Shown: in pieces, positions 48,501 through 60,500 of the stretch | How the letters are laid out: each line of letters begins with the position of its first letter | How positions within the stretch are numbered: the stretch's first letter is position 1 | NCBI GenBank assembly: GCA_963770895.1 | Contig: CAVYRF010000002.1 | Location: 4,288,001-4,352,000, forward strand | DNA length: 64,000 nucleotides | From: an uncultured Acidobacteriota bacterium | Lineage (GTDB): Bacteria > Acidobacteriota > Thermoanaerobaculia > Multivoradales > UBA5704 | Direction of reading: 5' to 3' | Translations under genes and position numbers: made by a program | The notes under the pieces: model-generated | Told to the model about the DNA's origin: nothing | The model's database searches: none | The model's input: the letters and a program-made list of their open reading frames with translations, nothing else

Positions 48501-51500
48501 TTCCGGGTCGAGCTGCTGGCCGGGGAGGCGGCGGCGCACGCGGTGACGGTGCCGATCGGCCGGCCGATCGGCAACAGCCGGGCGTACCTGCTGGACGCGG
48601 GGTTGCAGCCGGTGGTGGTGGGCGGCGTGGGCGAGCTGTACGTCGCAGGCCTTGGCTTGGCGCTGGGCTATTGGCGCCAGCCGGAACGGACGGCGGAGCG
48701 CTTCCTGGAAAGCCCGGCGCTGCCGGGCGAGCGCCTGTACCGGACCGGCGACCGGGCGCGCCAGCTGGCGGACGGCAACTTCGAGTACCGCGGCCGCGGC
48801 GACCAGCAGGTCAAGCTGCGCGGCTTCCGCATCGAGCTGGGCGAGATCGAGCTGGCGCTGACGGCGATCGCGGACGTCGCCGAAGCCGCGGTGGTGGTGC
48901 GCGACGACCTTCCCGGCGGCCGCAGCCTGGTGGCCTACGTCGTACCCGCCGCGGATGCCGAACCGTCCGCGGCCGGGCTGCGGCAGGCGCTCAGGGACCG
49001 GCTGCCCGACTACATGGTGCCGGCCCGCTTCGTGCCCCTGGCGGCGCTGCCGCTGACGTCGCAAGGCAAGGTGGACCGCCGGTGGCTGGCGCAACGCGGG
49101 CCGCTGTCGCCGGGAGGCGGCGCGGCCGCCGCGCCGGCCGGCGCCTGGAGCAGTCCGGTCGAGGAGCTGCTGGGGGCGATCTTCGCCGCCGTCCTGGGCG
49201 TCGGCAGCGTCGCCGCGGACGACGACTTCTTCGCCCTGGGCGGGCACTCCCTGCTGGCCACGCAGGTGGTGTCGCGGCTGCGCGCGACCTTTGACGTCGA
49301 GCTGCCGGTGCGGCTGCTCTTCGAACGGTCGACCGTCCGGGAGCTGGCGCGGGCGGTCGAAGAGGAGCTGCGGCGCGGCGGCGCCACGGCCGCCCAGCCG
49401 CCGATCGCGCCGCGGCCGCGCGACGGGGCGGGCCTGCGACCTGCCGGAAGTGCCGCGACAGGCGAAAGCCGCGGCCCGCTGTCGTTCGCCCAGCAGCGGC
49501 TGTGGTTCGTCGATCAGCTGGCCAGCGGCTCGCTCTACAACGTGTCGATCGCGCTGCGGGCGGAAGGCGACCTGTCGATCGCGGTGCTGTCGCGGGTGTT
49601 CGCGGAAGTGGTGCGCCGGCACGAGGCGCTGCGGACGCTGTTCCGCGGCGCCGGCGGCCAGGTGCGGCAGGTGATCCTGCCGCCGGGCGGCTTCGACCTG
49701 CCGCTGGTGGACCTGTCGGCGGTGGCGCCGGCGTTGCGGGAAGCGACGGCGCTCGCGGCGCTTTCCGCCGAGGCGGAGCGGCCGTTCGACCTGGCCGGCG
49801 GCCCGCGAGATGAGGCGAGTGCCGGCCGGCCACGGCGGCCGGCCGGCCTGCTGCGGGTGCGGGTGTGGCGGCTCGGCGCCACCGAGCACCTGCTGCTGGT
49901 GGCGCTGCATCACATCGTCAGCGACGGCTGGTCGATGGGCGTGCTGGTGCAGGAGGTGGCGGCCCTCTACCGGGCATTCTCCCAGGGGGAGGCGTCGCCG
50001 CTCGCACCGCTGCCGGTGCAGTACGCGGATTTCGCGGCCTGGCAGCGGCAGTGGCTCTCCGGCGAGGTCCTGGCACAGGAGCTGGCGTACTGGCGCGGAT
50101 ACCTGGCCGGCGCGCCGCCGGTGCTGGAGCTGCCGACGGACCGGCCGCGCCCGCTGGTGCAGAGCCTGCGCGGCGGGCTGCTGCCGGTGGCGTTCGACCG
50201 CGCGCTGGCGGCGGCGGCGGCGCAGCTGGCCCTGCGCCACCGGGCGACGCTCTTCATGGTGCTCACCGCCGCGTTCCAGAGCCAGCTGGTGCGCCTGAGC
50301 GGCGTGCCCGACCTGTGCCTGGGCACGCCGATCGCAGGCCGCACGCGCCGCGAGACGGAAGGTCTGATCGGCTTCTTCGTCAACACCCTGGTGCTGCGCG
50401 GCGACCTGGGCGGTGATCCGTCGTTCGGCGACCACCTGGCGGCGGTGCGGCGGGAGGCGCTCGCCGCCTACGCCCACCAGGACCTGCCGTTCGAAAAGCT
50501 GGTCCTGGAGCTGGCGCCGGAGCGCAGCCTGGCCCACACCCCGCTGTTCCAGGTCATGTTCGCGCTGCAGAACGCGCCCATGGGGTCGCTCGACCTGCCG
50601 GGCGTGCGGCTGGCGCCGGTGGCGCTGGCCAGGGACGTCGCGCAGTTCGACCTGACGCTGTCGCTGGCCGCGGCGGATCCCGCGGAGCCTGCCGGGCTCG
50701 CGGGATTCGTCGAATACGCCGAGGCGCTGTTCGACCGCGCGACGGTGGCGCGTTGGATCGGCCAGCTGGAGACCCTGCTGCGCGGCGCCGTGGCGAGCCC
50801 GGAGACGCGGCTCTCCGAGCTGCCGCTGTGGAGCGCCGCGGAGCGCCAGCAGCTGCAGCGGGAGTGGCGCGGGGTGGCGCGGCCGGCGCCGGCGGCGAGC
50901 GTGCCGGCGAGCCTGGCGCTGCAAGCCGCGCTGACGCCGTCGGCGCCGGCGCTGGAGTGGGGGGACGTGCGCTGGACCCACGCCGAGCTGCAGCGGCGCG
51001 CCGGGCGGCTGGCGCGGCGCCTGCGCGCGGCCGGGGTGGGGGCGGAGACGCGGGTGGGGCTGCTGGTCGAGCGGTCGGCCGACCTGGTCGTGGGCCTCTT
51101 GGGGATCTGGCTGGCGGGCGGGGCCGCGGTACCGCTCGATCCCTGGCAGCCGGTGGCGCGCCTGCAGCTGCTGATGGCGGAGGCCTTGCCGGAAGGTGCC
51201 TCCGCCGTGGTGTCGCAGCACGTCCTGCGCGGGTTGCAGGAGTCGTTGGAGCTGGGATCGACGCCGGTCGTCCAGGTGGCGGAGACGGAGGACGGCGAGG
51301 AGGCGGCGGGTCCGGACCTGGCGCCGGCCGCGTTCGACGCCTGCCTGCCCGGCGCCGGCGACCTGGCCTACGTGCTCTATACCTCGGGCAGCACGGGGCG
51401 GCCCAAAGGGGTCATGGTGGAGCACGGCAGCCTGGCTCACACCCTGGCGGCGGTGCAGGAGGCGTTCGGCGCCGCCGCCGGCGAGCGGATGCCGGTCTTG

Positions 51501-54500
51501 GCGCCGGCGACGTTCGACGCCTTCCTGCTGGAGCTGCTGCTGCCGATGGTCGGCGGCGGCACGGCGGTGCTGTTCGCGATCCGGCCGGTCGTCGACATGG
51601 CGCAGCTGCTGGCGGAGCTCGAGCGGTCGACGCGGCTGTTCGCGGTGCCGGCGCTGATGCAGCGGCTGGCGGCGGCCGTGGTCGAGCGCGGGGCCCGCTG
51701 TCCGCGCCTGCGCCAGGTGTTCGTCGGCGGCGACGCGGCGGGGCGCGACCTGCTGCTGGCGATGCGGCAGGCGTTCCCGGCGGCGCGGAGGGTCGTGCTC
51801 TACGGCCCCACCGAGGCGGCCATCGCGGCGACCGGCGAGGAGCCGGACGAAGGGGCGCACAACGGCATCGGCTGGCCGCTGCCGGGGGTGACCGTGGAAG
51901 TGCGGGACGCCGCCGGCGGGGCGGTGCCGGCCGGCGCGGCCGGGGAGCTGTGGCTGGGCGGCCCGGGGGTGGCGCGCGGCTACCTGGACCGCCCTGACCT
52001 GACGGCGGAGCATTTCGTGCCGTCCTGGTCGGGACGCGGCGAGCGGCTCTATCGCACCGGCGACCGGGTCCGCTTCCACGCCAGCGGCCGCCTGGAGTTC
52101 CTGGGCCGGATGGACAAGCAGGTCAAGGTGCGCGGCTTCCGCCTCGAGCCCGGCGAAGTGGAGGCGGCGCTGCTGGCCTGTCCGGGGGTGGCGGCGGCGG
52201 CGGTGCTGGTCGAGCGGCACGGCGCCGGCGACGAGCGGCTGGTGGCCTACGTGGCGGGGGCGGCAGGGACCGCCGTGCCGCAGGGTGCCGAGCTGCGCCG
52301 GTTCGCCGAGTCGCGGCTGCCCGCGTACATGGTGCCGAGCCGTTTCGTCGGCCTGGAGCGGCTGCCGCTGACGCAGCACGGCAAGGTGGACCGGCGCGCC
52401 CTGGCCGAGCTGCGGGCGCGCGGCGCGGAGGAGGCGCCGGCGCAGGCCCCCGCGGCCGGCCTGGAGAGCCTGGTCGCCGGGGTGTTCCAGGAGGTGCTGG
52501 GGGTCGAGCGGGTGGGGATCGCCGACAACTTCTTCGACCTGGGCGGGCACTCGCTGCTGCTCACCGAGGTGCAGAGCCGGCTTTCCAAGCAGCTGGGCGA
52601 AGACGTGCCGCTGCTCGAGATCTTCCGCAACCCCAACGTCGGCGCCCTGGCCCGCGCGCTGGCGGAGCGGCGGGACCCCGGCAGCGGCGCCGCCGCGGCG
52701 AGCCTGGAGGCCCTGCGCCTGGCCGCGCCGGCCGCCGCCGCCGCGGCGCGCGCCGCGGGGCCGGAAGGCCGGGCGGTGGCGATCGTCGGCAGGGCCGGGC
52801 GGTTCCCGGGCGCTCCCGACCTGGAGGCCTTCTGGCGCAACCTGCGCGACGGGGTCGAATCGATCTCCTTTTTCACCGCCGCCGAGCTGGACCTGGCCGG
52901 CGTCGACCGCGAGGTGCGGCGGCTGCCCGGCTACGTCGCCGCCGGCGGGGTGCTTGCGGGGACCGAGCTGTTCGACGCCGGCTTCTTCGACGTCGGACCG
53001 CGCGAGGCGCAGATCATGGATCCGCAGCAGCGGGTGCTGCTGGAGTGCTGCGCCCAGGCGCTGGAGAGCGCCGGCTACGGGGCGGGCAGCCCGGCGGCCG
53101 AGGCGGTGCGCATCGGCGTCTTCGTCGGCGGCGGCGCCAGCAGCTACGCGCTGTTGAACCTGGTCGGCCACCCGGAGTTGGACGGCCTGGAGATGGCGCT
53201 CGGCAACGAGAAGGACTTTTTGGCCACCCGCCTGTCCTACAAGCTCGACCTCAAGGGGCCGGCGCTGACCGTGCAGACGGCGTGCTCCACGTCGCTGGTG
53301 GCGGTGCACCTGGGGGTGCGCAGCCTGCTCGACGGCGAGTGCGAGCTGGCTTTGGCGGGAGGCGTCAACATCAGCCCCTCGCAGGTCGCAGGGTACGTCT
53401 ACCAGGAGGGGAGCGTGGCGTCGCCGGACGGCCACAACCGGGCGTTCGACGCGCGCGCCAAGGGGTCGGTTTCCGGCAACGGCGCCGGGGTGGTGGTGCT
53501 CAAGCCGCTGGCCCGCGCGCTGGCCGACGGCGACACCATCCACGCCGTCATCCTGGGCTCGGCGCTCAACAACGACGGCGCCGGCAAGGTGGGCTTCACC
53601 GCCCCGTCGGAGGAGGGCCAGGCCAAGGTCATCGTCGCCGCGCAGGCGGCCGCGGGGGTGTCGCCGGAGAGCATCGCCTACGTCGAGGCGCACGGCAGTG
53701 CCACGCCGGTCGGCGATCCGATCGAGGTCGCGGCGTTGACGCGGGCCTTCCGGCTGGGCACGGCGCGGCGGGGATTCTGCGCCGTCGGTTCGGTGAAGAC
53801 CAACATCGGCCACAACGGCTCGGCGGCCGGCATCGCCGGCCTGCTCAAAACCGTGCTGGCGCTGGAGCACCGGCAGATCCCGGCGAGCCTGCACTTCGAG
53901 CAGCCCAATCCGCGGATCGATTTTGCGTCGAGCGCCTTCTACGTCAACCGGCAGCTGGCGGAGTGGCCGGCGGGCGAGACGCCGCGGCGGGCGGGGGTGA
54001 GCTCCTTCGGCCTGGGCGGCACCAACATCCACGTCATCGTCGAGGAGGCGCCGGCGCGGCCGGAGACGGCGCCGTCGCGCCCCTGGCAGCCGGTGGTGCT
54101 GTCGGCGCGCACGCCGGCGGCCCTGGAGGCGGCGACCGAGCGGCTCGCGGCGCACCTTGCAGAGCATGCGGAGCTGGACCTGGCCGACGTCGCGGCGACC
54201 CTGGCGACCGGCCGCAAGGGGCACGCCTGGCGGCGGGCGGTCATCTGCCGCGACGCGCGCGACGCGCGGGAGGTGCTGGCGACGCGCGATCCGCAGCGGC
54301 TCCTGGCGGGGACGGTGGACGGCTCGCGGCGGCCGGTGGCGCTGCTGTTCTCGGGGTTGGGCGAGCAGTACCCGGCGATGGCGGCCGGTCTCTACCGCGA
54401 CCTTCCGGCCTTCCGCGAGCGGCTGGACCGCCATGCCGCGGTGCTGGCGCCGATCCTCGGGTTCGATCCGCTGGCGGTGCTCTTTGCCGGGGCGGACCGC

Positions 54501-57500
54501 CAGGCGGCCGGCGCGCCGGCCGCCGGCCTCGACCTGCGCCGGATGCTCGGCCGCCGGCGCGCCGGGACCGACCCCGGGGTGCCGGCGCCGGCCGACGAGC
54601 GGCTGGCGCGCACGGCGGTGTCCCAGCCGTTGCTCTTCGCGGTCGAGCTGGCGCTCGCCGGGACGTGGCGGGACTGGGGCATCCAACCGCAGGCGATGCT
54701 CGGCTACAGCCTGGGCGAGTACGTGGCGGCGTGCGTGGCCGGGGTGCTCGCCGCCGAGGACGCGCTGCGGCTGGTGGCGGAGCGGGCGCGTCTCATCGAC
54801 GCCCTGCCGGCGGGGGCGATGCTGGCCGTGCCGCTCGGGCCGGAGGAGCTGCGGCCGCTGCTCGCGGGCGAGCTGTGGGTGGCGGCGGTCAACGGGCCGC
54901 GGCTCACCGTGGTGTCGGGGGCGCCGGGGGCGGTGGCGGAGCTGGCGCGGCGGCTCGACCAGCTGGGGACGGCAAGCCGGCCGCTGGCCACGACGCACGC
55001 CTTCCACTGCCCGCTGCTGGCGCCGGTGGCGGCGGCGCTGGTCGAGCTGCTGCGCCGGGTGCCGCTCGCGGCGCCGCGCATCCCGTACCTGTCGAACCTG
55101 ACCGGCACCTGGATCACCGCCGCGCAGGCCACCGATCCGCAGTATTGGGCGGAGCAGATGTGCCGGCCGGTGCAGTTCGCCGCCGGCGTGGCCGAGCTGT
55201 GGCGGGAGCCGGGACGGGTGCTCCTGGAGGTCGGGCCGGGGGCGAGCCTGTCGTCGCTGGCGCTGCAGGCCGGCGGCGCGGCGGCCGACCCGGTGGCGGT
55301 CTCGTCGCTGCCGGGCGCCTACGAGCGCCAGCCGGACCGCGTCCACCTGCTGGGCGCCGCGGCAAAGCTCTGGCTGTCGGGGGTGCGCCTGGACTGGCGG
55401 GCGGCCTGGGGCGGCGAGCAGCGGCGGCGCGTCCCCCTGCCCACCTATCCGTTCGAGCGGCGGCGGTATTGGATCGAGCGCCGCCAGCCGGACCGCTTGT
55501 CCGGGGGCGGCGAGGCCGCCGGACGGGCGGGCGCCGGCGCCGGGCCGGGGCTGCACCTGCCGGCGTGGCGGCGGACGCCGGCGCTGCCGGTGCCGGGCGC
55601 TGCCGGGCTGCAGGCCGCGGGGGCGCCCTGGCTGGTGCTGGTGGAGGAGTCCGGCCTGGGCCAGCGCATCACGGCGCGGCTGCGGCAGGCGGGGGCGCGG
55701 GTGGTGGAGGTGACGGCCGGGACGGCGGGCGCCGGTTTCGCGTCGCTCCGGCCGGACACCTTCCGCATCGACCCGTGCGAGCCGCGCGACTACGACCTGC
55801 TGGCCGCGGCGCTCGGCGGTGCGGGCCGGCCGGGACCGGGGCGGATCGTTCACCTGTGGGGCATCGGCGCCGGGCGTGCCCGCGCCGCGGCCGGCCTGGG
55901 CCTGCGCGCCCTGCTCGGGTTGGCGCAGGCGCTCGACCGCGCGGCCGGGGGGAACGGTGGGACCGGCGCGGACGGCGCGGATGGCGCCGGCGGCGCCGCC
56001 AATACGCTGGCGTTGCTGGTGGCCGCCGACGGGCTGCATCCGTTCACCGGCTCGGCCCGGCGCCGTGCGGAGCTGGCGCCGCTCGGCGCCCTCTGCCAGG
56101 CGCTGCCGCGCGAGCTGCCGGGCGTCGCCAGCCGCGCGGTGGACATCGAGCTGCCGCGCGGCACGGGGGGGGCCGCGGAGCGGCGGTGGGAGCGGCTGGC
56201 GGCGGCCCTGCTGGCGGAGATCGCGGCAATGCCCGCCGCCGGCGTCGCCGGCACTGCCGGCGCGCCCGCGGCGGCGGCGGTCGCGCTGCGCGGCGGCGAG
56301 CGCTGGACGGAGGCGTTCGAGCCGGTGCCGCTGGCGCCCGCGCCGGGGTCGTCGTCGCTGCAGGGCGCCGTGCTGCTGGTGGGACGGCGCGCCGGGTTCC
56401 TGGCGGCCGCGGCGTCGGTTCTCGGCCAGGCCGGCGTGCGCACCGTCTGGGAGGAGAGCGACGCCGGCGGCGGCGGCACGCCCGCCGGGGCGGCGCCGGG
56501 CGGCCTGAACGCCGCGGGTGAGGAGCCGCTGGCCGGGGTGATCGTGGGAGAAGAGGCGCTGCTCGGCGACACGGCGCCGGTGCCGGCGGCGCGGCTCGAT
56601 GCCGCCGCGTGGGACGCCCTGCTGGCCGGGGTGGCGGATCGCTTCGCGGACCTCGGGCGGCGGCTGGCGGATCGCCAGCCGGGCTTCCGCGTCCTGGCGT
56701 CGTCCTGGTCGCCCTTGGCGGCGCTCCCGGCGCCGATGGCGGCGACTGCGGCGGCGGCGGCGAAGCCGGAGCCGGCGTGGCGCGCCGCGGCGCGCGGCCT
56801 GCTCGACGCCCTGGCCGAAAAGGCGGGCCGTGCGGAGCCGCACTCCCCCTGGGTGCGAGTCGCCTGGGACGGGCTGGCGGCGATGCCTGCGGGGATGGTT
56901 GCGGACCTGCTGGCGCGGTTGGCGTCGGAGGCGGACGGCGGGCGCTTCGCGGTGTCGCCGGGCGAGGCGGCCGTGCCGCGGTCCACGCCGGAGGCCGGCG
57001 ACTTCCCGGGGACGCTCCACGGCCGGCCGAACCTCAAGCATGCCTACGTCGCCCCCGAAGGGGAGGTCGAGCGCCAGCTGACGGTGATCTGGCAGGAGCT
57101 GCTGGGCATCCAGGGGATCGGCGTCCACGACAGCTTCTTCGAGCTGGGCGGCGACTCGCTCCAGGCGGTGCAGGTGATCTCGCGGGTGCGCGGCGCCTGG
57201 GGGGTGGAGATCGCTCTGGGCGCGCTCTTCGAGACGCCGACGCCGCGGGCGCTCGCCGCCACGCTGCGGACAATGCGGCCGGACGCCAGGCCCGCCATCG
57301 TGCCGCAGCCGCGGCAGGGGGGCGCCGCGGCGGAGTTGCCGCTGTCGTTCGCGCAGCGGCGGCTGTGGTTCATCGACCAGCTGGAAGGCGGCGCCCTGTA
57401 CAACGTGCCGCTCGCGGTGCGGTTGGAAGGCCCTCTGTCGGCCGCCTTGCTGTCGCGGGTGCTGGGGGAGGTGGTGCGCCGGCACGAAGGCGTGCGTACC

Positions 57501-60500
57501 GTGTTCCCGGGCGTCGACGGCCAGGCGCGGCAGGTGATCCTGCCGCCGTCCGCGGTGGCGGTCGCGGTCGTCGATCTGACGGGTCTGGCGCCGGCGCTGC
57601 GCCAGCCGGTGGCGGCGGACCTGGTGCGGGAGGACGTGCGCCGGCCGTTCGACCTGGCGCGCGGGCCGCTGCTGCGGGCAGGGCTCTGGCGCCTGGGCGC
57701 GGCCGAGCACGTGATGCTGCTCAACCTCCACCACATCGTCAGCGACGGCTGGTCGCTGGGCGTGCTGCTGCGGGAGATGACGGCCCTGTACGCGGCCTTT
57801 GCCGCCGGTCAGCCGTCGCCGCTTGCCCCGCTGCCGGTGCAGTACGCGGATTTCGCGGCCTGGCAGCACGGCTGGCTGGCCGCCGATGCCGGCGGCGCCG
57901 GCGGCGCCGGCACCACCCTGGAAGCGGAGCTGCGCCATTGGCGCTCGCGGCTGGCCGGGGTGCCGCCGGTGTTCGAGCTGCCCACCGACCGGCCCCGCCC
58001 GGCGGTGCAGAGCTTCCGCGGCGGGGTCCGCTCGCTGGCGCTGGCGCCGGAGCTTGCCGCGGCCCTGGCGGCGCTGTCACGCCGCGAGGGAGCGACGCTC
58101 TTCATGACGCTGGCGTCGGCGCTGAGCGTGCTGCTGTCGCGCTTCGCGGGGCAGAGCGACTTCACCCTGGGCACGGTGGTGGCCGGCCGTCACCACCTGG
58201 AGATCGAGGGGTTGATCGGGTTCTTCGTCAACACCCTGGTGCTGCGGCCCGACCTGGCCGGCGAGCCGCGCTTCACCGACCTGGTGGCGCGGATGCGCGA
58301 CGAGGCGCTGGCCGCGTTCGCGCACCAGGATCTGCCGTTCGACAAGCTGGTGGAAGACCTCGCGCCGGAGCGCAGCATGGCCCACACGCCGCTGTTCCAG
58401 GTGATGTTCGCCTGGCAGAACGTGGCGGTGGGAGAGGTGTCGCTGGCGGGCCTGCGCCTGGTGCCGCTGGAGCTGGGCGAGGAGGTCGCCAAGTTCGACC
58501 TGACCCTGACGCTGCACGACAGCGGGTCGGGGATCACCGGCAACATCTCCTACGCACGGGACCTGTTCGACGCCGCGACGATCGAGCGGCTGGCAGCGTC
58601 CCTCCAGGTGCTGCTGGCGGCGGCGGCCGCGGACCCCGAGCTGCCGATCTCGCGGCTGCCGCTGTCGAGCCCCGCGCAGCGGCACCAGCTGGTGGTCGAG
58701 TGGAACGCCACGGACACCGACTGGCCGAGCGGCAGCACGCTGCCGGAGCTGTTCGCCCTGCAGGCGGCGGCCCATCCGTGGCGGCTGGCCTGGGAGCTCG
58801 GCCGCGAGCAGCTGTCGTACGCGGAGCTGGCCGTCCGCGCCGACGCGGTGGCGCGCTACCTCCGGCAGCAGGGGGTGGGGTGCGGGGACGTGGTGGGGCT
58901 CTGTATCGAGCGTTCGGGGGCCGTGCTGGTGGCGATGCTGGGGATCGTCAAGGCCGGGGCCGCCTACCTGCCGCTCGATGCGGCCTACCCGGCGGAGCGC
59001 CTGGCGTGGATGCTCGCCGACAGCGGTGCGCCGGTGGTGCTCACCCAGGAGAGCCTGGCGCCGCGCCTGCCGGCCGCGGGACCGCGGGTGGTGCGGCTCG
59101 ACACGCAGTGGGCAGAGATCGCCGCCCCCCCTGCGGCCGGTGCGGCCGGTGTGGCCGGCGGGGCGGGCGTCACACATGCGGCCGGCGCCGGGGACGCGGC
59201 GCCCGCGACGCGCCCGGAGGACCTGGCCTACGTGATCTATACGTCGGGCTCGACGGGGCGGCCCAAGGGCGTGGCGGTGCCGCACCGGGCGGTGGTCCGC
59301 CTGGTTCTGGCGACCGACTACGTCGATCTGGAGGCAGCCGGCCGGATCGCGCAAACGTGCAACCAGGCGTTCGACGTGGCGACGTTCGAGATCTGGGGCG
59401 CGCTGCTGTGCGGCGCGACGCTGGTGGGGGTGCCGCAGGAACTGCTGCTGTCGCCGGCCGAGCTGGCGGCACACCTGGCGGCGGCGCATGTCCGGGTGCT
59501 GTTCCTGGTCACGGCGCTGTTCAACCAGGTGGCGCAGCAGGCGCCGGGTGCCTTCGCCGGGGTGGACACCGTGCTGTTCGCCGGCGAGGCGGCCGATCCG
59601 GAGGCGGTGCGCAAGGTCCTGGCGGGCGGCGCGCCGCGGCGCCTGGTGAACGCCTACGGGCCGACGGAAAACACCACCTTCAGCACCTGGTACCGGGTCG
59701 AAGCGTTGGCGGCGCACGCGGTGACGGTGCCGATCGGGCGGCCGATCGCCAACAGCCGGTCGTACGTGCTGGACGCCGGGTTGCAGCCGGTGCCGCCGGG
59801 CGGCGTCGGCGACCTGTACCTGGCGGGCGCTGGGCTGGCGGTGGGCTATTGGCGGCAGCCGGAGCTGACGGCGGAGCGGTTCGTGGAGAGCCCGGCGCTG
59901 CCGGGTGAGCGGCTGTACCGGTCCGGCGACCGGGCTCGCCTGCTGGCGGACGGCAACCTGGAGTTCCGCGGCCGTGACGACCAGCAGGTCAAGCTGCGCG
60001 GCTTCCGCATCGAGCTGGGCGAGATCGAGCTGGCGCTGACGGCGATCGTGGGTGTCGCCGAAGCGGCGGTGGTGCTGCGCGGCGACCTGGCGGGCGGCCG
60101 GGGATTGGTCGCCTACGTGGTGCCGGCGGCACCTGGCGGCGCGGGCGATGGAGGCGGTGTGGGCGCCGCGGGCTGGCCGGCGGAGCTGCGGCAGGCGCTG
60201 GCAGGCCACCTGCCGGGCTACATGGTGCCGGCTCACGTGGTGCCCCTGGCGGCGCTGCCGCTGACCCCCAACGGCAAGGTGGACCGGCGCTTCCTGGCCG
60301 AGCGCGGGCCGCTGCCCGACGCCGCGGCCGGCGGCGCGCGGATCGCGCCGCGCACCGTGACCGAGGAGCTGCTGGCGGGGATCTTCGCCGACGTCCTGCG
60401 GTTGGAGGGCGTCGGGGCGGAGGCCGACTTCTTCGCCCTCGGCGGGCACTCGCTGCTGGCCACCCAGCTGGTGTCGCGGGTGCGGGCGGCGTTCGGGGTC

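Noticed and set aside
39915-57938. 6007-aa minus-strand ORF (also 35709-39287, 58077-63791, 32464-36186)
   Set aside because: Antisense shadows of the NRPS genes, codon-aligned with them and rich in Arg/Gln/His/Pro with no domain motifs; expected from extreme GC3 bias.
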